From positions 700-64,699 of the IMG/VR virus record IMGVR_UViG_3300046453_000026: a stretch of DNA of 64,000 bases. The stretch is one strand, 5' to 3'. This stretch comes from a virus. Taxonomy: Duplodnaviria; Caudoviricetes. Under the pieces are notes generated by a model. It searched no databases. It had not been told where the DNA came from and saw only the letters and a list, made by a program, of their open reading frames with translations. Shown here piece by piece: positions 9,760 through 21,688 of this stretch (position 1 is the first letter of the stretch; each line of letters begins with the position of its first letter). The position numbers and the translations under genes were made by a program.

Positions 9760-11517
9760 TTACTTTGGAATCCGTAGGACTTGCCCCGGGTAGATGTATT
9801 TACCGTGTTCAGAAGTGTTTCGGCTATCGCGAGCGACTAGCGCGTCCTTGTTAGCATCCCATAGCTTCGTCCACAGGTCGGCCTTGCTGTATACCTGCTT
9901 GTTGGCTGCGATGGACCACAAAGAGTCTCCCTTCTTCACGGTGTAGAAACTGCTCTTCACCTCTTCGTCGGTCTTCTGTCCGACAGGTTTGGCTGGGACA
10001 GTGCCCACCTGCGTGCTGCCTGCGGTGCTCTCTTGCGGTGCTCCACCTAGTGCGACACCCCGTGTGAGCTGAAGGGTTGTTTCCCATCGGTCAAATACAT
10101 TGAAGCTCTGGGTGACTCCCTCGATGTAGAACTCCCTGTTTATGCCCTTCCGAAGTAGGCGCTGACCTATCTTATAGTTCCCTTTTCCCCGGACAGTCAT
10201 GGACCCGTTGTAGTACAGGTGGTTATTCTCGAACCAGTCCTTCAGCTTCTGGGTGTACTTTTTTGAAAGGTCCTCCAGCAGCGTCGGGTGCTCAGGATCG
10301 GAGGCGTCCATCGCCAGCCCTTCGATCTGCACCTCCAGTGGGGATATCCCGTACCGCTTGACGGCGTTCTCGTTCATCAGCGGAGGGGCTACACGCTTCA
10401 GGTCGATGCCCAAAGGATTGATCGTCGTACCTGCCCAGAACAGGTTATAGTGCTCGTCGTCGCTGTAGGATAGGTCCTCTTCCAGTACATCCTCGCTTGG
10501 CAGATCGTGCGTGTACAGCTGCTCCCACGCACCCTTGTAGAAAGGTGTGTTCCGTAGCGCAATCATGACGGCCGACCCGTCTTCTCCGAAGCTGAAGCGC
10601 GGCATTGGGTAGTACCCCTTGCCTTTAGGGAACTTGGCTTTGCTCTCGTCGGAAGCCTCTTCGATAGTCTCGTTTACGACCCGTGCTTTGCCTTCTGCGT
10701 TCCAAGCTTCGGAAGCTTCCCTCACATCTACGAACAGCTCCGTGAATGGGGCGATGCTGGCGCGCTCCATCAGGTTCCATATGGCACCCTCGAACTGGTC
10801 GGCAGACAAGATCAGCGGAAGGAACATATCGACCTTGGCGAAGTTGTAGCGCAGGATATTAGTTACATCCACTTTCTTCGATACTGGTTCTTTCTTAGAT
10901 TCATCCCACACCGTCCATTCCACCTCATTAAGCTTCGGAAGTACGTAGCGTATGATGTTGTCCAGCACGACGGCCGGGGTTCCTTGGGTGATTTGGTCGC
11001 TCGTGAAGAAGCTCATGAGGGTTACCCATCCCTCGTCAGTCAGGAAGAACTTCTCGCTGGCCTTCTGTGCGTCCGGGTTGGCCGCGCCCAGCTCTGGGTA
11101 GAATTTCAGGGCTGATTTTACTAGCACCTTACCGAAGTCCCTCCCGGTGATGATGGTGTTTACGGTGTTGCTGCCTGCGCTGCGCTGCCGCCGGATGCGG
11201 TCAATAAGACCGACCATAACGGTGTTAAGCTTGTTGCCCTCTGCGGTCTTGTATCCCATCTGGATGACCACGAGGTCGTTCGGTAGCAACTTTGCATTCC
11301 ACTCGTCCCCGGCCAGCGTGACCGTAAAGGCCCCCGCTGGCGTGTCCATCTGTTTGGACGTAGTAACTGAGAGTACTTGGTTGGTAGGGTCGAGCGTACC
11401 GTCGTTTAGCTCCCCTTTAAGCTGGTAGCATTTGGTGTTGGTATGGAAGCTCACCCGGACGAGGGGAATGTACCGCTTGGCTCCCGCATCCTGTTTCTGG
11501 ATATAACCGTTTGCCAT
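9760..11517 (-). CDS. Baseplate hub protein with C-terminal LysM domain
   Basis: ITGRDFGK and [20 protein letters not shown] hub motifs; [13 protein letters not shown]...[10 protein letters not shown] LysM. Start moved to ATG 11517. Confidence 0.8.
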   Translation of the reverse strand: MANGYIQKQDAGAKRYIPLVRVSFHTNTKCYQLKGELNDGTLDPTNQVLSVTTSKQMDTPAGAFTVTLAGDEWNAKLLPNDLVVIQMGYKTAEGNKLNTVMVGLIDRIRRQRSAGSNTVNTIITGRDFGKVLVKSALKFYPELGAANPDAQKASEKFFLTDEGWVTLMSFFTSDQITQGTPAVVLDNIIRYVLPKLNEVEWTVWDESKKEPVSKKVDVTNILRYNFAKVDMFLPLILSADQFEGAIWNLMERASIAPFTELFVDVREASEAWNAEGKARVVNETIEEASDESKAKFPKGKGYYPMPRFSFGEDGSAVMIALRNTPFYKGAWEQLYTHDLPSEDVLEEDLSYSDDEHYNLFWAGTTINPLGIDLKRVAPPLMNENAVKRYGISPLEVQIEGLAMDASDPEHPTLLEDLSKKYTQKLKDWFENNHLYYNGSMTVRGKGNYKIGQRLLRKGINREFYIEGVTQSFNVFDRWETTLQLTRGVALGGAPQESTAGSTQVGTVPAKPVGQKTDEEVKSSFYTVKKGDSLWSIAANKQVYSKADLWTKLWDANKDALVARDSRNTSEHGKYIYPGQVLRIPK

Positions 11518-11518
11518 T

Positions 11519-14500
11519 TTAGTACCCTCCCTTCGATGGTGAAAGCTGAAGCTTCTGGCGCTCAGACTCTTTGATGATCTTCCGCACAAGGTATTCGAGG
11601 TTGTTGCTCGTTGCCTTGTTTACGGCTGCGGCACCTTCCCCGTCGAGCTTCAGCGTAACGGTGATCTCGGACTTTTGGGCGGTAGCAGACGACACCATGT
11701 TACCGATGCTGCTGTCACCAGCGTTCATCCCGTTAAGTAGCTGCTGCGGGTCGAGAAGGTTCTGCTGCGAGTCCATATATCCAAGGTGCAGGTGGCTACC
11801 TGTTGTATGTGAGCCAGCTCCCGGAGTTCCGGGGTCGCCGCCAAGGTTGCCGACATAGTCGCCCGCATTGACGCTTGCCCCCTCCTTCAGCGCGTCGCTG
11901 ATCTTTGACATGTGCGCGTAGAAGTAGGTCTTCCCGTCCTTCATCTTGATGCCGACTGTGTTACCGCCGTCGGTCTTGTTGTCCGGGTCCCGCTTGATGA
12001 AGGACACGGTACCTCCTGCCAGTGCTTGGAGGTTGTCTCCCTGCTCTCCGTCGATATCCAGCCCTCGGTGCGGTGTGCTATGTGAGCCGTCCACATCCCC
12101 GAAGTTAGTAGTAACACGGCTCTGCCATCCTTTAAAGAATCCTGCGCCACTGGAGCCAGAGGAAGTGTTCACACCGAAGCCGTTCAGGAAGCTATTTACT
12201 CCTGTGGTCCAGTTAGAGTTCAGGTTCCTCGGATCATTGGTCGCGCCGATTGGGGCGTACTTCTGCTGGATGTCTGATACGCTGGTCAGCCCTTGGGAGA
12301 TGTAGTTCTTCTGAAGGTTAGCGGCCATCTTCTGGATGCCCTCTTCCACACTTCCGAAGTTCATAAGACCATACTTGCCCATCATCCCGCCGACGTTGTT
12401 CTTCAATCGAAGTCCGTCCGATGTCCCGTTACCCGTCTCCTGCATCGCGATGGAAGCGAGCAGCGCCGGGTCTACTCCATTCGCCTGACCTGCTTGGACG
12501 AATGCCTCACCCATACCGGACAGCTTTCCTCCCAGCTTGGCGTTTAGTGCGGACGCTGTAACTCCGCTGTTAGTGGATGCGTTGTACCCGCTACCACTTC
12601 CGAAGGTCGTGGATATTTGATCTCCAAGATTGGAGAAGAAGGTAAGCATCGGAGCGAATAGCGAACCTACATAGGTCTTGAAGCCTCGGAACTCAGTATT
12701 GAAGCTCGCCATGGCTCTGTCGGTCTCTGTGTTGAACTCTTCCATGGCTTGGTTGGTTGTCTTGGTGTCCTTCTTCGCCAGTTCGATAGAGTCCTCATAC
12801 AGAGATTTTGTGTTTGTGCCCATGGTGTTCAGGGATGTTGTACCATCCTCGGTGAAGGTCTTCAGGTCGCGCTGCATACCCGGCATAATGCCAATGCTGC
12901 TGTCTCCGCCGTCCTTACTGTTGGCGTCGGCGGTGCCCGTGCCGAATAGCTGCTGGAAGAAGCTACTGACTGCGCCAGCGCCTCCTGTTGCAGCGCCTCC
13001 AATAGCTTCCGCAGCTCTGTCGATCCATGGTGTTTTTACATCGCCGGAAGCCTTACGCTCCTGATAGCTGGTATCGACCCATCGGGAGAGCGATGCTTGC
13101 TCTTCCTTCGACAGCTTCTCTCCGCGCTGCGACCGCAGAAGCAGGTTGTCACCGCTCGGGCTGGCAGCAAGCGTAGCCTGTTCGTCCTTCGACAGCGTCT
13201 GTCCGCTTGCTTGTCGTGCTAGTAGCTCCTTGCCCTGTGCGCTCAGTTGGGCTTCAATGTACGCTTTGGTGGCTGCTGCGTCTTTACTGCTCGGCATTCC
13301 CAGCAGTGCGTCAGAAGCCGCTGCTGCCCCTTGCATGACGCCTTGCGCCCCGTTTTGCAGAGCTGCACCTGTAGCCGACGCCACTCGGTCTACCGCTGGA
13401 GATTGAAGGTGCTCCATTGCCGCACGGTCGCGGGCTTGCATGTTAGCCCACTCCGCCAGCTTTTTCGATTCTTCAGTACTCAGATACTTCCCACTCTTGC
13501 TCTTCTCCAGTATCCCGCCTTTGCCAGTAACCTCAGATTCGAGGGCGTTGGCTTGATCGCGCTTCTCCTGCTCCAGCTCCTTGTAGTACTGGGTGCGCTG
13601 CTGCGGGGTCTTGAAGGTCGGCTCCTTTGATGTGCCGTTTAGCATGTTCGTAGCGTTACCTACAAAGTTGTCAACCGCTCCGCCTATACCTCCGCTGGTG
13701 CTTCCGTCCCCACCTGCAAGCAGGCGCGTAAACCCGTCGGATACCACAGACATGATCGAGTTGAGGACTTCACCGATGGATGTGTTCCCTGCGGCGACAT
13801 CGCCCAGAGCAGAAGCTGCGCTCACGATAGGCTCCTTAATTGCCATTACGCCTTCTAAGATAGGCCGTCCGATCTGCGACAGTGCCGCCTCGAATCGGGC
13901 GTCGGTGTCCATATAGTCCTGACCTTGGGCGGTTGAACGCTCTTCGTCGTACTTCGCGCCGGAGTCGATGGAGCCGTTTTCGATCTGCTTCATCTGGTCC
14001 TCGTTGAAGGACGTCAGACCGTTAGTTGCATCGTAGAACTCCCCAGCTTCCGACTTGGTAGCTGCGAATCCTCCATCTGTAAGCCACTTCTGCATGATAC
14101 GCTTCTGAAGCTTGTCGTTACCTCCCGATATGCCCTTAACATACTGGGCCATGGCGGGGATGTTATCCTCGTTCATCAGCCCGTCTTCGAAGGAGCTTTC
14201 GAGGTCGTACAGGTCCATGCCTCCATACTTCTTCGGGTCGTATTGCTGGAGTGCCCGGATGCCCATCCATTTCCATTGATCGTTGCCCGGGGTGTAAATT
14301 CCACCCATGCCACCGATCAGGTTAGCTCCCTGCGCGCCTGTGAGCTGAGTCATGCCGTTATCCATGCCTATCTTGTCAAGCGTGGTCTGATAGGCCAAAA
14401 TCTGCTTGGCGGACCCGTCCTTCAGCGTGGTGTTCATCTGCTGTAGCAGCGTGTTGTTCGTCGTCATGACTTCCAAAATACGCGGAGTCATGCCGGACTT

Positions 14501-15859
14501 CGCTACACTCCCTGCAATGGCGTCAGCAAACTCCTTTGGCTTGGTAGCGCCGCCGATAGCCATGTTGCTCGATACACCGGAAGCAACTTCCGAAGTATTC
14601 AATCCGTATGATCTCCCGAACTTCAGAAGTGCCTGCTGCTGCTCGGTATCAATGTTGCCTGCGCCCCGGGTGTACTGATCGAGGAAGCTCCACGTTTCCG
14701 TGTCCTTGTACCCCATGTTGTCACTGCGACCTACAGCTCCAGCGGCGTCATACTGCTCTACATTGCTGCCCGTACGCCCTGCCTGCCCACGCATACGCTG
14801 AGCGAGGTCGAGCGTATTAACTTGGCGGTTGTACGCAAGGCCATAGGCCTCCTGCGCCATCGACGCAATACCCGTCAGCCCGGCGAGTCCAAGGGTGAAC
14901 TTACCCAAGCCCAGAAGCTTGCTGCTCGCTCCGCCCACTCCTCCAATGCTGCCGCCTCCGTCAGAGTCATCGTCGTCATCACTGGAAGACTTGCCGAACC
15001 CCGCTGCCTCGCGCTTCCGAAGCTGGTAGATGCGTTCGAGTTGGTCAATCTCGTCGGACATCTTCTCTAGCACTTTCTCCCGGTCGGCCAGCTCCTTCTG
15101 AAGCGCAGTTTTGTCCTCTCCGCTGGCCTTGCGCATCACATTGTAGAGGTCTTCCCATGCTGCGCTCTGTTTCTCCAGCTCCTGCCCCATCGCATCGAAC
15201 GTGGACTCGAAACGCCGCCGGAAGAAGTCGAGAGCCTTCACCTGCTTGTCATCGAAAATACCGCCGGACCGTGCGCCCTTATCGACAGCGCCCGAATATC
15301 CGCTCAGGTCCTTCCGAAGTTGCTGTAAGCCTCTCGATAGGGAGCTAAACTGCGCGGGCTGCTGCCGCCCTCCTAGTGAACCCAGAGACGGAGCGGAGCC
15401 GTTAGGAGGGAATGCAGACCCTCTTCCGCCGCCTGCTGAAGCCCCGCCGGATGGTGTGCCCGCAGGTGGTGTTCCTCTCAAACCTTTTCCCTGCATATCG
15501 TACAGGCGCTCGGTCTCTATGATTTGCTTCCGAATTAGGTCAAGCTCGCGCTCGCGCTCCGTGATAGTCTTTTTGATAGCATCGCGTTCGGCTCCCTGCG
15601 CCCGTTCCATCTTCCGGCCCATCTCGTCGATGGTGTCGTTTTGCTTCTTGAACTCGCGGTCAAGCTCTCGCAAGGTGTCTTTAAACCGCCGTGAAAACAC
15701 ATCAAGCGCACGGATTTGGGAATCGTCAAAAAATCCTCCCTTCCGTGCGCCCTTGTCTATTTCACCGACGACGTTTTTCAGGTCACCTTGGAGCTGGTTA
15801 AGACCGCGCTGTAGTTGGCCGAACTCTCCCCGCGCTGATACGCGAATCGACTGTTCCAT
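11519..15859 (-). CDS. Tape measure protein with glucosaminidase/lysozyme-like and M23 peptidase domains
   Basis: 1446 aa, helical and Ala/Gly-rich. [23 protein letters not shown] (lysozyme fold) and HRGLDID...HLHLG (M23). Confidence 0.9.
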   Translation of the reverse strand: MEQSIRVSARGEFGQLQRGLNQLQGDLKNVVGEIDKGARKGGFFDDSQIRALDVFSRRFKDTLRELDREFKKQNDTIDEMGRKMERAQGAERDAIKKTITERERELDLIRKQIIETERLYDMQGKGLRGTPPAGTPSGGASAGGGRGSAFPPNGSAPSLGSLGGRQQPAQFSSLSRGLQQLRKDLSGYSGAVDKGARSGGIFDDKQVKALDFFRRRFESTFDAMGQELEKQSAAWEDLYNVMRKASGEDKTALQKELADREKVLEKMSDEIDQLERIYQLRKREAAGFGKSSSDDDDDSDGGGSIGGVGGASSKLLGLGKFTLGLAGLTGIASMAQEAYGLAYNRQVNTLDLAQRMRGQAGRTGSNVEQYDAAGAVGRSDNMGYKDTETWSFLDQYTRGAGNIDTEQQQALLKFGRSYGLNTSEVASGVSSNMAIGGATKPKEFADAIAGSVAKSGMTPRILEVMTTNNTLLQQMNTTLKDGSAKQILAYQTTLDKIGMDNGMTQLTGAQGANLIGGMGGIYTPGNDQWKWMGIRALQQYDPKKYGGMDLYDLESSFEDGLMNEDNIPAMAQYVKGISGGNDKLQKRIMQKWLTDGGFAATKSEAGEFYDATNGLTSFNEDQMKQIENGSIDSGAKYDEERSTAQGQDYMDTDARFEAALSQIGRPILEGVMAIKEPIVSAASALGDVAAGNTSIGEVLNSIMSVVSDGFTRLLAGGDGSTSGGIGGAVDNFVGNATNMLNGTSKEPTFKTPQQRTQYYKELEQEKRDQANALESEVTGKGGILEKSKSGKYLSTEESKKLAEWANMQARDRAAMEHLQSPAVDRVASATGAALQNGAQGVMQGAAAASDALLGMPSSKDAAATKAYIEAQLSAQGKELLARQASGQTLSKDEQATLAASPSGDNLLLRSQRGEKLSKEEQASLSRWVDTSYQERKASGDVKTPWIDRAAEAIGGAATGGAGAVSSFFQQLFGTGTADANSKDGGDSSIGIMPGMQRDLKTFTEDGTTSLNTMGTNTKSLYEDSIELAKKDTKTTNQAMEEFNTETDRAMASFNTEFRGFKTYVGSLFAPMLTFFSNLGDQISTTFGSGSGYNASTNSGVTASALNAKLGGKLSGMGEAFVQAGQANGVDPALLASIAMQETGNGTSDGLRLKNNVGGMMGKYGLMNFGSVEEGIQKMAANLQKNYISQGLTSVSDIQQKYAPIGATNDPRNLNSNWTTGVNSFLNGFGVNTSSGSSGAGFFKGWQSRVTTNFGDVDGSHSTPHRGLDIDGEQGDNLQALAGGTVSFIKRDPDNKTDGGNTVGIKMKDGKTYFYAHMSKISDALKEGASVNAGDYVGNLGGDPGTPGAGSHTTGSHLHLGYMDSQQNLLDPQQLLNGMNAGDSSIGNMVSSATAQKSEITVTLKLDGEGAAAVNKATSNNLEYLVRKIIKESERQKLQLSPSKGGY

Positions 15860-15906
15860 CGCTACCCACTCCTATGCTGTTGTGGTAGAAGCCCTAGTTT
15901 GCGGCC

Positions 15907-16250
15907 TTACGGCGTTTGAGGGACGTCTGTTTCAACGTCCTCCCAGTCTTCTTCTTTTGGTCCTGCCTGTTTCGCTGGCGGTTTCGCGTCGTACATATAC
16001 GATAATTTGGCATCCCTCTCGTTAACCTCTTTGTCCCACTCTTCGTACTCAGGGTCTGCGAACTCTTCCGCCTTCTTGTCCCGTAGCTTACGATCTAGCT
16101 CTAAGTGGGCGTACTCAAGGTCTACCTGTTCGTCGGTCATCGCGAGGAGGCGCGGGTCGGTGGGCGGAATCCCGTTATATACGTGCTTCCGAAGTATCCA
16201 CAGTTTCCGCTCCTTCGGCACCTTCACTATCAGGTGCAGATGTGTTTCGA
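15907..16250 (-). CDS. Tail assembly chaperone, downstream part (probably reached by frameshift)
   Basis: LW.....PPTDPRLLAMTDEQ motif, no obvious own RBS or start, overlaps the upstream chaperone in the +1 frame. Confidence 0.6.
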
Positions 16251-16660
16251 AAGTCCTGCCGGAATGCGTCCTCCCACTCGTTGTACTTACCAAGGATATG
16301 ATAGAGGACTTCCGGCTCGGTCACCGCCTGTACGTTCAGCAGCCACTCTGGGCGCTTGGCGATAACTACTTCCAAGGTAGACATGGTGTGCGCCATAAAT
16401 TTAATAGACTCGTCTACAAGGTTAAGGTCCTTAACGCCCGCTGCGCGGAATACTTCAGACTTGATAGCACCCATCCGCATGAAGTCGGACATAGTAGGCT
16501 TCTTAAATTCGACCCACCCGCTGTATTTGTTGCCTTCCAAAGAGGTGAACTCAATATGCACGCCTTTGGTGAGGTCGCCACCTTGTCGCACTTGTCCGGC
16601 CAGCGCCATGGCCTTCCGAACCTCGTCCATCTGCGCTTCGTTACCTAGTGGTTGAGACAT
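16175..16660 (-). CDS. Tail assembly chaperone
   Basis: Between tube and tape measure genes; ATG 16660 with an AAGGAG RBS. Confidence 0.7.
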   Translation of the reverse strand: MSQPLGNEAQMDEVRKAMALAGQVRQGGDLTKGVHIEFTSLEGNKYSGWVEFKKPTMSDFMRMGAIKSEVFRAAGVKDLNLVDESIKFMAHTMSTLEVVIAKRPEWLLNVQAVTEPEVLYHILGKYNEWEDAFRQDFRNTSAPDSEGAEGAETVDTSEARI

Positions 16661-16710
16661 ATTACCCAGCTCCTTCGAATATTGTCGATTTTGGTCGCCA
16701 CCATTATAGA

Positions 16711-16740
16711 ACAACCCCTACCGACTTGGGTAGGGGTTGT
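16711..16740. terminator. Stem-loop after the tail tube gene
   Basis: ACAACCCCTACC/GGTAGGGGTTGT perfect 12-bp inverted repeat. Confidence 0.55.
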
Positions 16741-16756
16741 TTCGTACTTCGGAAGC

Positions 16757-17191
16757 TTACACTGTTTCTGCTACACCGGAGTCCGAAGACAGGTACAGCC
16801 AAGTAGCATTTTCTCCAGACATCGCGTTTGCACGGAAGTCTTCGGAAGTCTCTTGCAGTGTGCATCCACGGTACACGATGACGATGTCTCCTGTGAATCG
16901 GTCGGTGACCTCGATGTCGATGACATTCAGATTAAGAATGCCTGCACCATACGCTGCCAGCCCGATCTCTACAAGAGACTTCTTACGGATGCGGAACTTT
17001 TCGAGCGATACCGTTCCTTCAAAGCGAAGGGGTACCGATTCCTGCGGCAGAATGGAGCCGATTTCGTACTGGTTCTCAGTACCGAAGGACCGACGTCCAC
17101 TGATAGACTGTGCGCGGCCTACTTCGATACCGTCAATTTTCAGTCGGATCGTGTGCCCAGCGTGTGCTGGCTGGTCTTTTACGATAGACAT
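16757..17191 (-). CDS. Tail tube protein
   Basis: VGRAQSISGRRSFGTE..YEIGSI.PQE motif as in SPO1/Twort-like tubes; follows the sheath. Confidence 0.85.
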   Translation of the reverse strand: MSIVKDQPAHAGHTIRLKIDGIEVGRAQSISGRRSFGTENQYEIGSILPQESVPLRFEGTVSLEKFRIRKKSLVEIGLAAYGAGILNLNVIDIEVTDRFTGDIVIVYRGCTLQETSEDFRANAMSGENATWLYLSSDSGVAETV

Positions 17192-17247
17192 GGCTTATTC
17201 TCCCCTTTACGTATGTTTTAGACTTCCGAAGCCGAAGCTCCACGCCC

Positions 17248-18339
17248 TTACAGCGTGAAGTGGCTCGTAATCAGGAAGTTGTTGATCGGCAGGGTAGGCT
17301 TACCTTCCCATTCGAGGAAGAAGGCCGTTCCGTTCTTGGTGACCTTCAGCGAGTCCGATACGTACCCACTAATCCAGCCTGCCTTCAGGAAGGCTTCGAT
17401 CTGCGACACGAGGTCGTTATAGATCGTAACTTCGATGCCAGCCACACCCGCTTTGCCGATGTACTTGTTCTCGAAGTAGGTTACAAGGTTACTGGACATG
17501 TCATCCTTCAGCGTGGACACCGACAGCTCATTCTTGGTCAGGTCTTCAGTGGCGTCGGTTGTGATGCCCTGAACGATACGGAAGCCTACGTTCTGCACCA
17601 CTTCAATCGGCAGGATGTGCGCGGCCAGCAGTTCTTCGATGTCCGCTCCCATGTAGGTTGTTTCCAGCGCTGTGAACTTGACATTTTTGTAGGTCACAGG
17701 CTCCTGCGATGGTAGCCCTGCCCACAAGCCTGCGACTGCTGCGGCCATGTAGTACGAAGGTTTTGCAACCAGCACCCCAGTAGCATCAGGGATCATAGGG
17801 CACGGAGTTGCAAGTACTGCGCGCTCACTAGCGAAAGTTGCCAGCACCTTCACCGCATCCAGTGTCAGCCCAGTAGCATGGCCGTAGAACGCGCGGCGGC
17901 TACGACGGTTCTTCACGCTCGACATCAGAGTGACATGCGCGTCGATCTTTGTCAGGACCGCAGCAGTGGTTGTTACAGGCACGATCCCTGCAATAAACTC
18001 CGGCTGCATCAGGTCGATAGCTGCTTGCCATTCGGCGTCCGTAGGCTGAGCTGCGGCCTTCTGCACAGGGGCTACACCGATCAGATCGGCACCGTGTCCC
18101 CACATCACACGCATAACCTCCAGCAACTCGCCCTCACCGATAGCTGTAGCGGCCTCCTTAGGATCGTTGAAGAACGACACTTTAGTGGTCGGCAACGTGG
18201 ACGAAGCAGGAATTTCCCCTACTACGGCCAGTGTTTTGAGCGCGCCGACAGTTACAGGCGTCATGCCCGAAGTGTCGACTACCGAATACGCACCCGGGCG
18301 GCTGATCTGCGCTCCGCCGAAAGAGATATTAATGGTCAT
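17248..18339 (-). CDS. Tail sheath protein (short form)
   Basis: N-terminal ISRPGAYSVVD; C-terminal FRIVQGITT...ELSV...P..PINNFLI. Confidence 0.85.
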   Translation of the reverse strand: MTINISFGGAQISRPGAYSVVDTSGMTPVTVGALKTLAVVGEIPASSTLPTTKVSFFNDPKEAATAIGEGELLEVMRVMWGHGADLIGVAPVQKAAAQPTDAEWQAAIDLMQPEFIAGIVPVTTTAAVLTKIDAHVTLMSSVKNRRSRRAFYGHATGLTLDAVKVLATFASERAVLATPCPMIPDATGVLVAKPSYYMAAAVAGLWAGLPSQEPVTYKNVKFTALETTYMGADIEELLAAHILPIEVVQNVGFRIVQGITTDATEDLTKNELSVSTLKDDMSSNLVTYFENKYIGKAGVAGIEVTIYNDLVSQIEAFLKAGWISGYVSDSLKVTKNGTAFFLEWEGKPTLPINNFLITSHFTL

Positions 18340-18355
18340 GGCTGTTTACCCCCTC

Positions 18356-18643
18356 TTAGGAATATGTTCTGTTGGATTGGGCTTCGAGCTGCTTTGCCCA
18401 ATCCTCTTCCGTCTGCGGCACGAGTCCGCCCTGATTGGCGTTGGCCTCGTAAACGAAGCTCGCGACCAGCCCGGGATTCACTCTATGACGTTTCAGGTAT
18501 TCGTCCAGCGTAATCTTATCAGCTTCGGAAGCTGGCGTCGATACTACATTTTCCGACTCTTCCTGACCTTCCGAAGCATGAATGCCGTCGATCTTTGGCA
18601 GGTCTTGTGGCTCTTGCGCTACGCGCTTTTTTGCTGTCGTCAT
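18356..18643 (-). CDS. Hypothetical neck-region protein
   Basis: Coupled ORF with RBS. Confidence 0.55.
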   Translation of the reverse strand: MTTAKKRVAQEPQDLPKIDGIHASEGQEESENVVSTPASEADKITLDEYLKRHRVNPGLVASFVYEANANQGGLVPQTEEDWAKQLEAQSNRTYS

Positions 18644-19233
18644 GGCGTCTGTCCTCCTATATTAATAGTCGTGGATAGTACGGTGTCGACGGTGATATCG
18701 CTGATAGCTTCGACATTCTCGTAGACTTCGACGTTCATCGGGTTTAGGTATCGCATGGTGATTGCGCTCCAGTAGATTACTAGCGGAGCATTCTGCATCG
18801 AGCTATCCTGCTCGTCCCGGCCGCCGCCCAAGGTAACGTTTATCAGTCCCTTTTGCACGAGGGGCAGGCGGATGGCGAACAGCACGGCCTTGACCACGTT
18901 GTACAGTTCATCGCGCTTGTCCGCGTTGGTGTGCCACACGCGTACCTCGACAGCTTCAGAAAAGAAAGTTCCCTGCTCTGTGACGTACACTTTCGTGGTG
19001 CTGTTGTAGTCCTGTCCATGGTGGTCACCAATGGACTGATTTGACTCGTCGTCGCTTATCCGGTTGATGCCGATACACGGCATCTCGGTGTGCGTCTGCG
19101 GGTCCGACTTTATCACCTTCACAGCACCAAAGTTAAACTTCGGAAGTGTAGACTTTAGCGCCTGCACCAGTTCCTCTTTAACGTCGACCGTTTTAAAGTC
19201 GAAGTCCATTGTACCGATTTCCCAGTTCATCAT
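18640..19233 (-). CDS. Tail completion / terminator protein
   Basis: Position upstream of the sheath; P.I.I..ISD.E...IG pattern. Confidence 0.55.
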   Translation of the reverse strand: MMNWEIGTMDFDFKTVDVKEELVQALKSTLPKFNFGAVKVIKSDPQTHTEMPCIGINRISDDESNQSIGDHHGQDYNSTTKVYVTEQGTFFSEAVEVRVWHTNADKRDELYNVVKAVLFAIRLPLVQKGLINVTLGGGRDEQDSSMQNAPLVIYWSAITMRYLNPMNVEVYENVEAISDITVDTVLSTTINIGGQTP

Positions 19234-19235
19234 GG

Positions 19236-20081
19236 TTAACCCTCTCCAAGCCCCATAAAGTATAAGTCCATCTCGAACCCTCTACGCACAAGCGCAAGCA
19301 CTTCCTCGCGGGTGTTCTCGACGACCGCTTCCCGGATAGGGCGCGGCTTGACGCCGGGATGCTGCCAAGCCTTCGGATCGGAGTTCTCTGACAACCTTCG
19401 GAAGGTCATGTACTGGCTGTGCCCCGACTGGCCCATCTTCGCCATCCCGCTGAACTGCCCAGTTTTCCATGTGTACCCGGCCCCCGGATGCGCCCCTGAG
19501 TGGCTACGTTGCCCTTCGGAAGATTTCCCAAGCTTGCCACCCCATGTGTATCGGTTCGTTCCGGCTGCGGACCCCAGCTCGCCGTTGCGTCTGCTATATC
19601 CCAGATTCTTGGCTGCGTCGTATATGTGCTGCGGCATAGGTGCCATCGTGACGGTTCCCGGCGTGCCGTGCCGGAACGGGATAGTGATAAACCGTTTTCC
19701 GTCCTTGCCGATCCTCGCCTTGGGGGAAGCCAGCATCTTGGCTTTCATGTCCCGTGGTTGGGAACCGCTCTCGATGATCGCCCCGGTTGGGCTGGTCGTG
19801 AAGACCTCACCCGTCATGTCCTCCGGGAAACGTAAACCGTCCTCGATGCTGCGGACGTAGGCCCCGGAAACACTATTGATGCGGAAGGTACCGCCGCTGA
19901 AGGATACCGTTGCGCCCTGTGCGTACTGAATCCACGTTCGTTGTATTACGTCCCTCGTTGCTTCTCTGACAGCCGCCGCAGTGTAGGGGAGCGCACCTGC
20001 TCCGCCTGTACGTGCCCTATCCAGCTTCTTCAGTATCTCGCCAATGTTCGGAAGGTCAGAAGAGATAGTAATTAGGCTCAT
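19236..20081 (-). CDS. Neck protein
   Basis: FITIPFRHGTP and YMTFRRLSENSDPKAW.HPG motifs as in SPO1/Twort-like neck proteins. Confidence 0.65.
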   Translation of the reverse strand: MSLITISSDLPNIGEILKKLDRARTGGAGALPYTAAAVREATRDVIQRTWIQYAQGATVSFSGGTFRINSVSGAYVRSIEDGLRFPEDMTGEVFTTSPTGAIIESGSQPRDMKAKMLASPKARIGKDGKRFITIPFRHGTPGTVTMAPMPQHIYDAAKNLGYSRRNGELGSAAGTNRYTWGGKLGKSSEGQRSHSGAHPGAGYTWKTGQFSGMAKMGQSGHSQYMTFRRLSENSDPKAWQHPGVKPRPIREAVVENTREEVLALVRRGFEMDLYFMGLGEG

Positions 20082-20821
20082 TTCGGCTCGAATCCTCCGG
20101 CACGGTAGCGCAGAGCTACGTAGCGCGGCAGAAGTTGACCGTCTTGGTAGCGAGGCTTCGGAAGTGTAGTAAGCACTGTAAACACGGGCCGATGCTTATA
20201 CACTACGCTGTAGTGCTCACCCTCCTGTGGTGCTACGCCTCCCGCCTTCCATCGGATGACGTTTCCTTCGTTGGTGAAGTCCTTACCCAGCCTGTACACT
20301 ACTTGCTCCCCGGTACTGGGGTTGACAGTACGTACATGCTGGATGCTCAGCACCTCTTCGTTTAGCAAGGTGTCCGCAGGTCGCATGTAGATAGCCTTTC
20401 CCTTTATGAGCACTTCGGAAGTCTTATAGTCATCGTCGAGTACGGTGATCAAGTCATACATACTGACGTTATATAGAGGAACGTCCTCGAAGTCGGTACG
20501 GCTGAAGGTTCCCCCTTCGGAGCGTCGCCAGTACCGCTTCGGCACGGACATCACGGCATCTCCGATATGGAACATCCCGGCCATATCCTCGAAGTCTCCG
20601 TTTTGAGTAATGCTTGTGAGCAGCACGCGCCCGATGATCGGAGGGCTGTAGGTGTACCCTTTGCCGCCGCACACCTTGCACTCGTACACAGGCTGGCCGC
20701 TGTCAAGGTTCCAGCAAGCGCACATCAGCGCCTCCTGCCATGCTACGTCCCGTCCCCGGCGTTGTATCATGGTCTCGAACTTCTCGGCGTGAATCTTAAC
20801 TTCAGGCGACATGGTCCTCAC
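20078..20821 (-). CDS. Head closure / neck protein with Zn-finger
   Basis: G.DVAWQEA..CAC......P...C..C.GKG motif; synteny. Confidence 0.6.
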   Translation of the reverse strand: MRTMSPEVKIHAEKFETMIQRRGRDVAWQEALMCACWNLDSGQPVYECKVCGGKGYTYSPPIIGRVLLTSITQNGDFEDMAGMFHIGDAVMSVPKRYWRRSEGGTFSRTDFEDVPLYNVSMYDLITVLDDDYKTSEVLIKGKAIYMRPADTLLNEEVLSIQHVRTVNPSTGEQVVYRLGKDFTNEGNVIRWKAGGVAPQEGEHYSVVYKHRPVFTVLTTLPKPRYQDGQLLPRYVALRYRAGGFEPK

Positions 20822-20827
20822 CCCTCT

Positions 20828-21679
20828 CTATACCATCGTTATTCCGCGTTCGGTACCACGGGCGTCTGCCCCTTTTGGATCAAAAAAGGCATCCACGGCA
20901 TCCTGAAAATTCTTCATTTGTGCTTGGAACAGCGTAGCTGTTGCGGACGCTGTCGTCCCGTAGGACTCAGAAAGCCCGTCGATGGACGTTGAAGCGTTCG
21001 TAATCCCCCGCTGCCGGGCGTTGCCTGTAATTCCCAGCGCGTCGACTGCTACCATCTTGGCAACGATGTTTCGGATATCTGTAGGAATCTTACCTAGCCC
21101 ATATCCGGCAACATAACTGATATACAGCATCTGAGGCACGTTACCCTGAATAGCTCCCGTGATGAACGGGTACCCCGTCAGAGTTCCGCCTGCCATGTTG
21201 AATATCGAAGGGTCTCCGGCGTAGGGCACAATGTGTACCTGCCCGTTTCGCTTGTAGAGCTTCAGCCACTCTGGGCGCTCCAAGAAGTCCATAATGATCT
21301 GGCCGTTTGGAAGGACAAGCTTGTACTCCAATAGCTTAAGCACTGGACGCTCTCGGAGCTGCTGGAATCCGTACTGTACCCACGCTCGTGCGTCGTAGTC
21401 GTACGGTGGCTCTTCCCGGTCGTAGTCCTCACCCTCGACAAGGCCGCGCGCTTCTGCCTCTGCTACGATTACAGTAGGCTTCAGCGGAATGCCCAGCCTG
21501 CGCTCTACCTCTGTAGCCTTTGCGTCGATCATGTTCTGAAGGTCCTCGTCTTCGAGTCCATCTCCGAACTCGTCCGTGAGTTCGATCCCTGCGCACCAGC
21601 GCGTCCGTATCTCGTCCGGGGTAGGCAGGTTCGTCTCAGCGTATTTTGTGAGCTTCGGAAGTACAGGAATGATAACCAT
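20828..21679 (-). CDS. Head-tail adaptor protein
   Basis: PQMLYISYVAG...IP.DI...V.K and SIDGLSES motifs. Confidence 0.65.
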   Translation of the reverse strand: MVIIPVLPKLTKYAETNLPTPDEIRTRWCAGIELTDEFGDGLEDEDLQNMIDAKATEVERRLGIPLKPTVIVAEAEARGLVEGEDYDREEPPYDYDARAWVQYGFQQLRERPVLKLLEYKLVLPNGQIIMDFLERPEWLKLYKRNGQVHIVPYAGDPSIFNMAGGTLTGYPFITGAIQGNVPQMLYISYVAGYGLGKIPTDIRNIVAKMVAVDALGITGNARQRGITNASTSIDGLSESYGTTASATATLFQAQMKNFQDAVDAFFDPKGADARGTERGITMV

Positions 21680-21688
21680 GTCATCACC

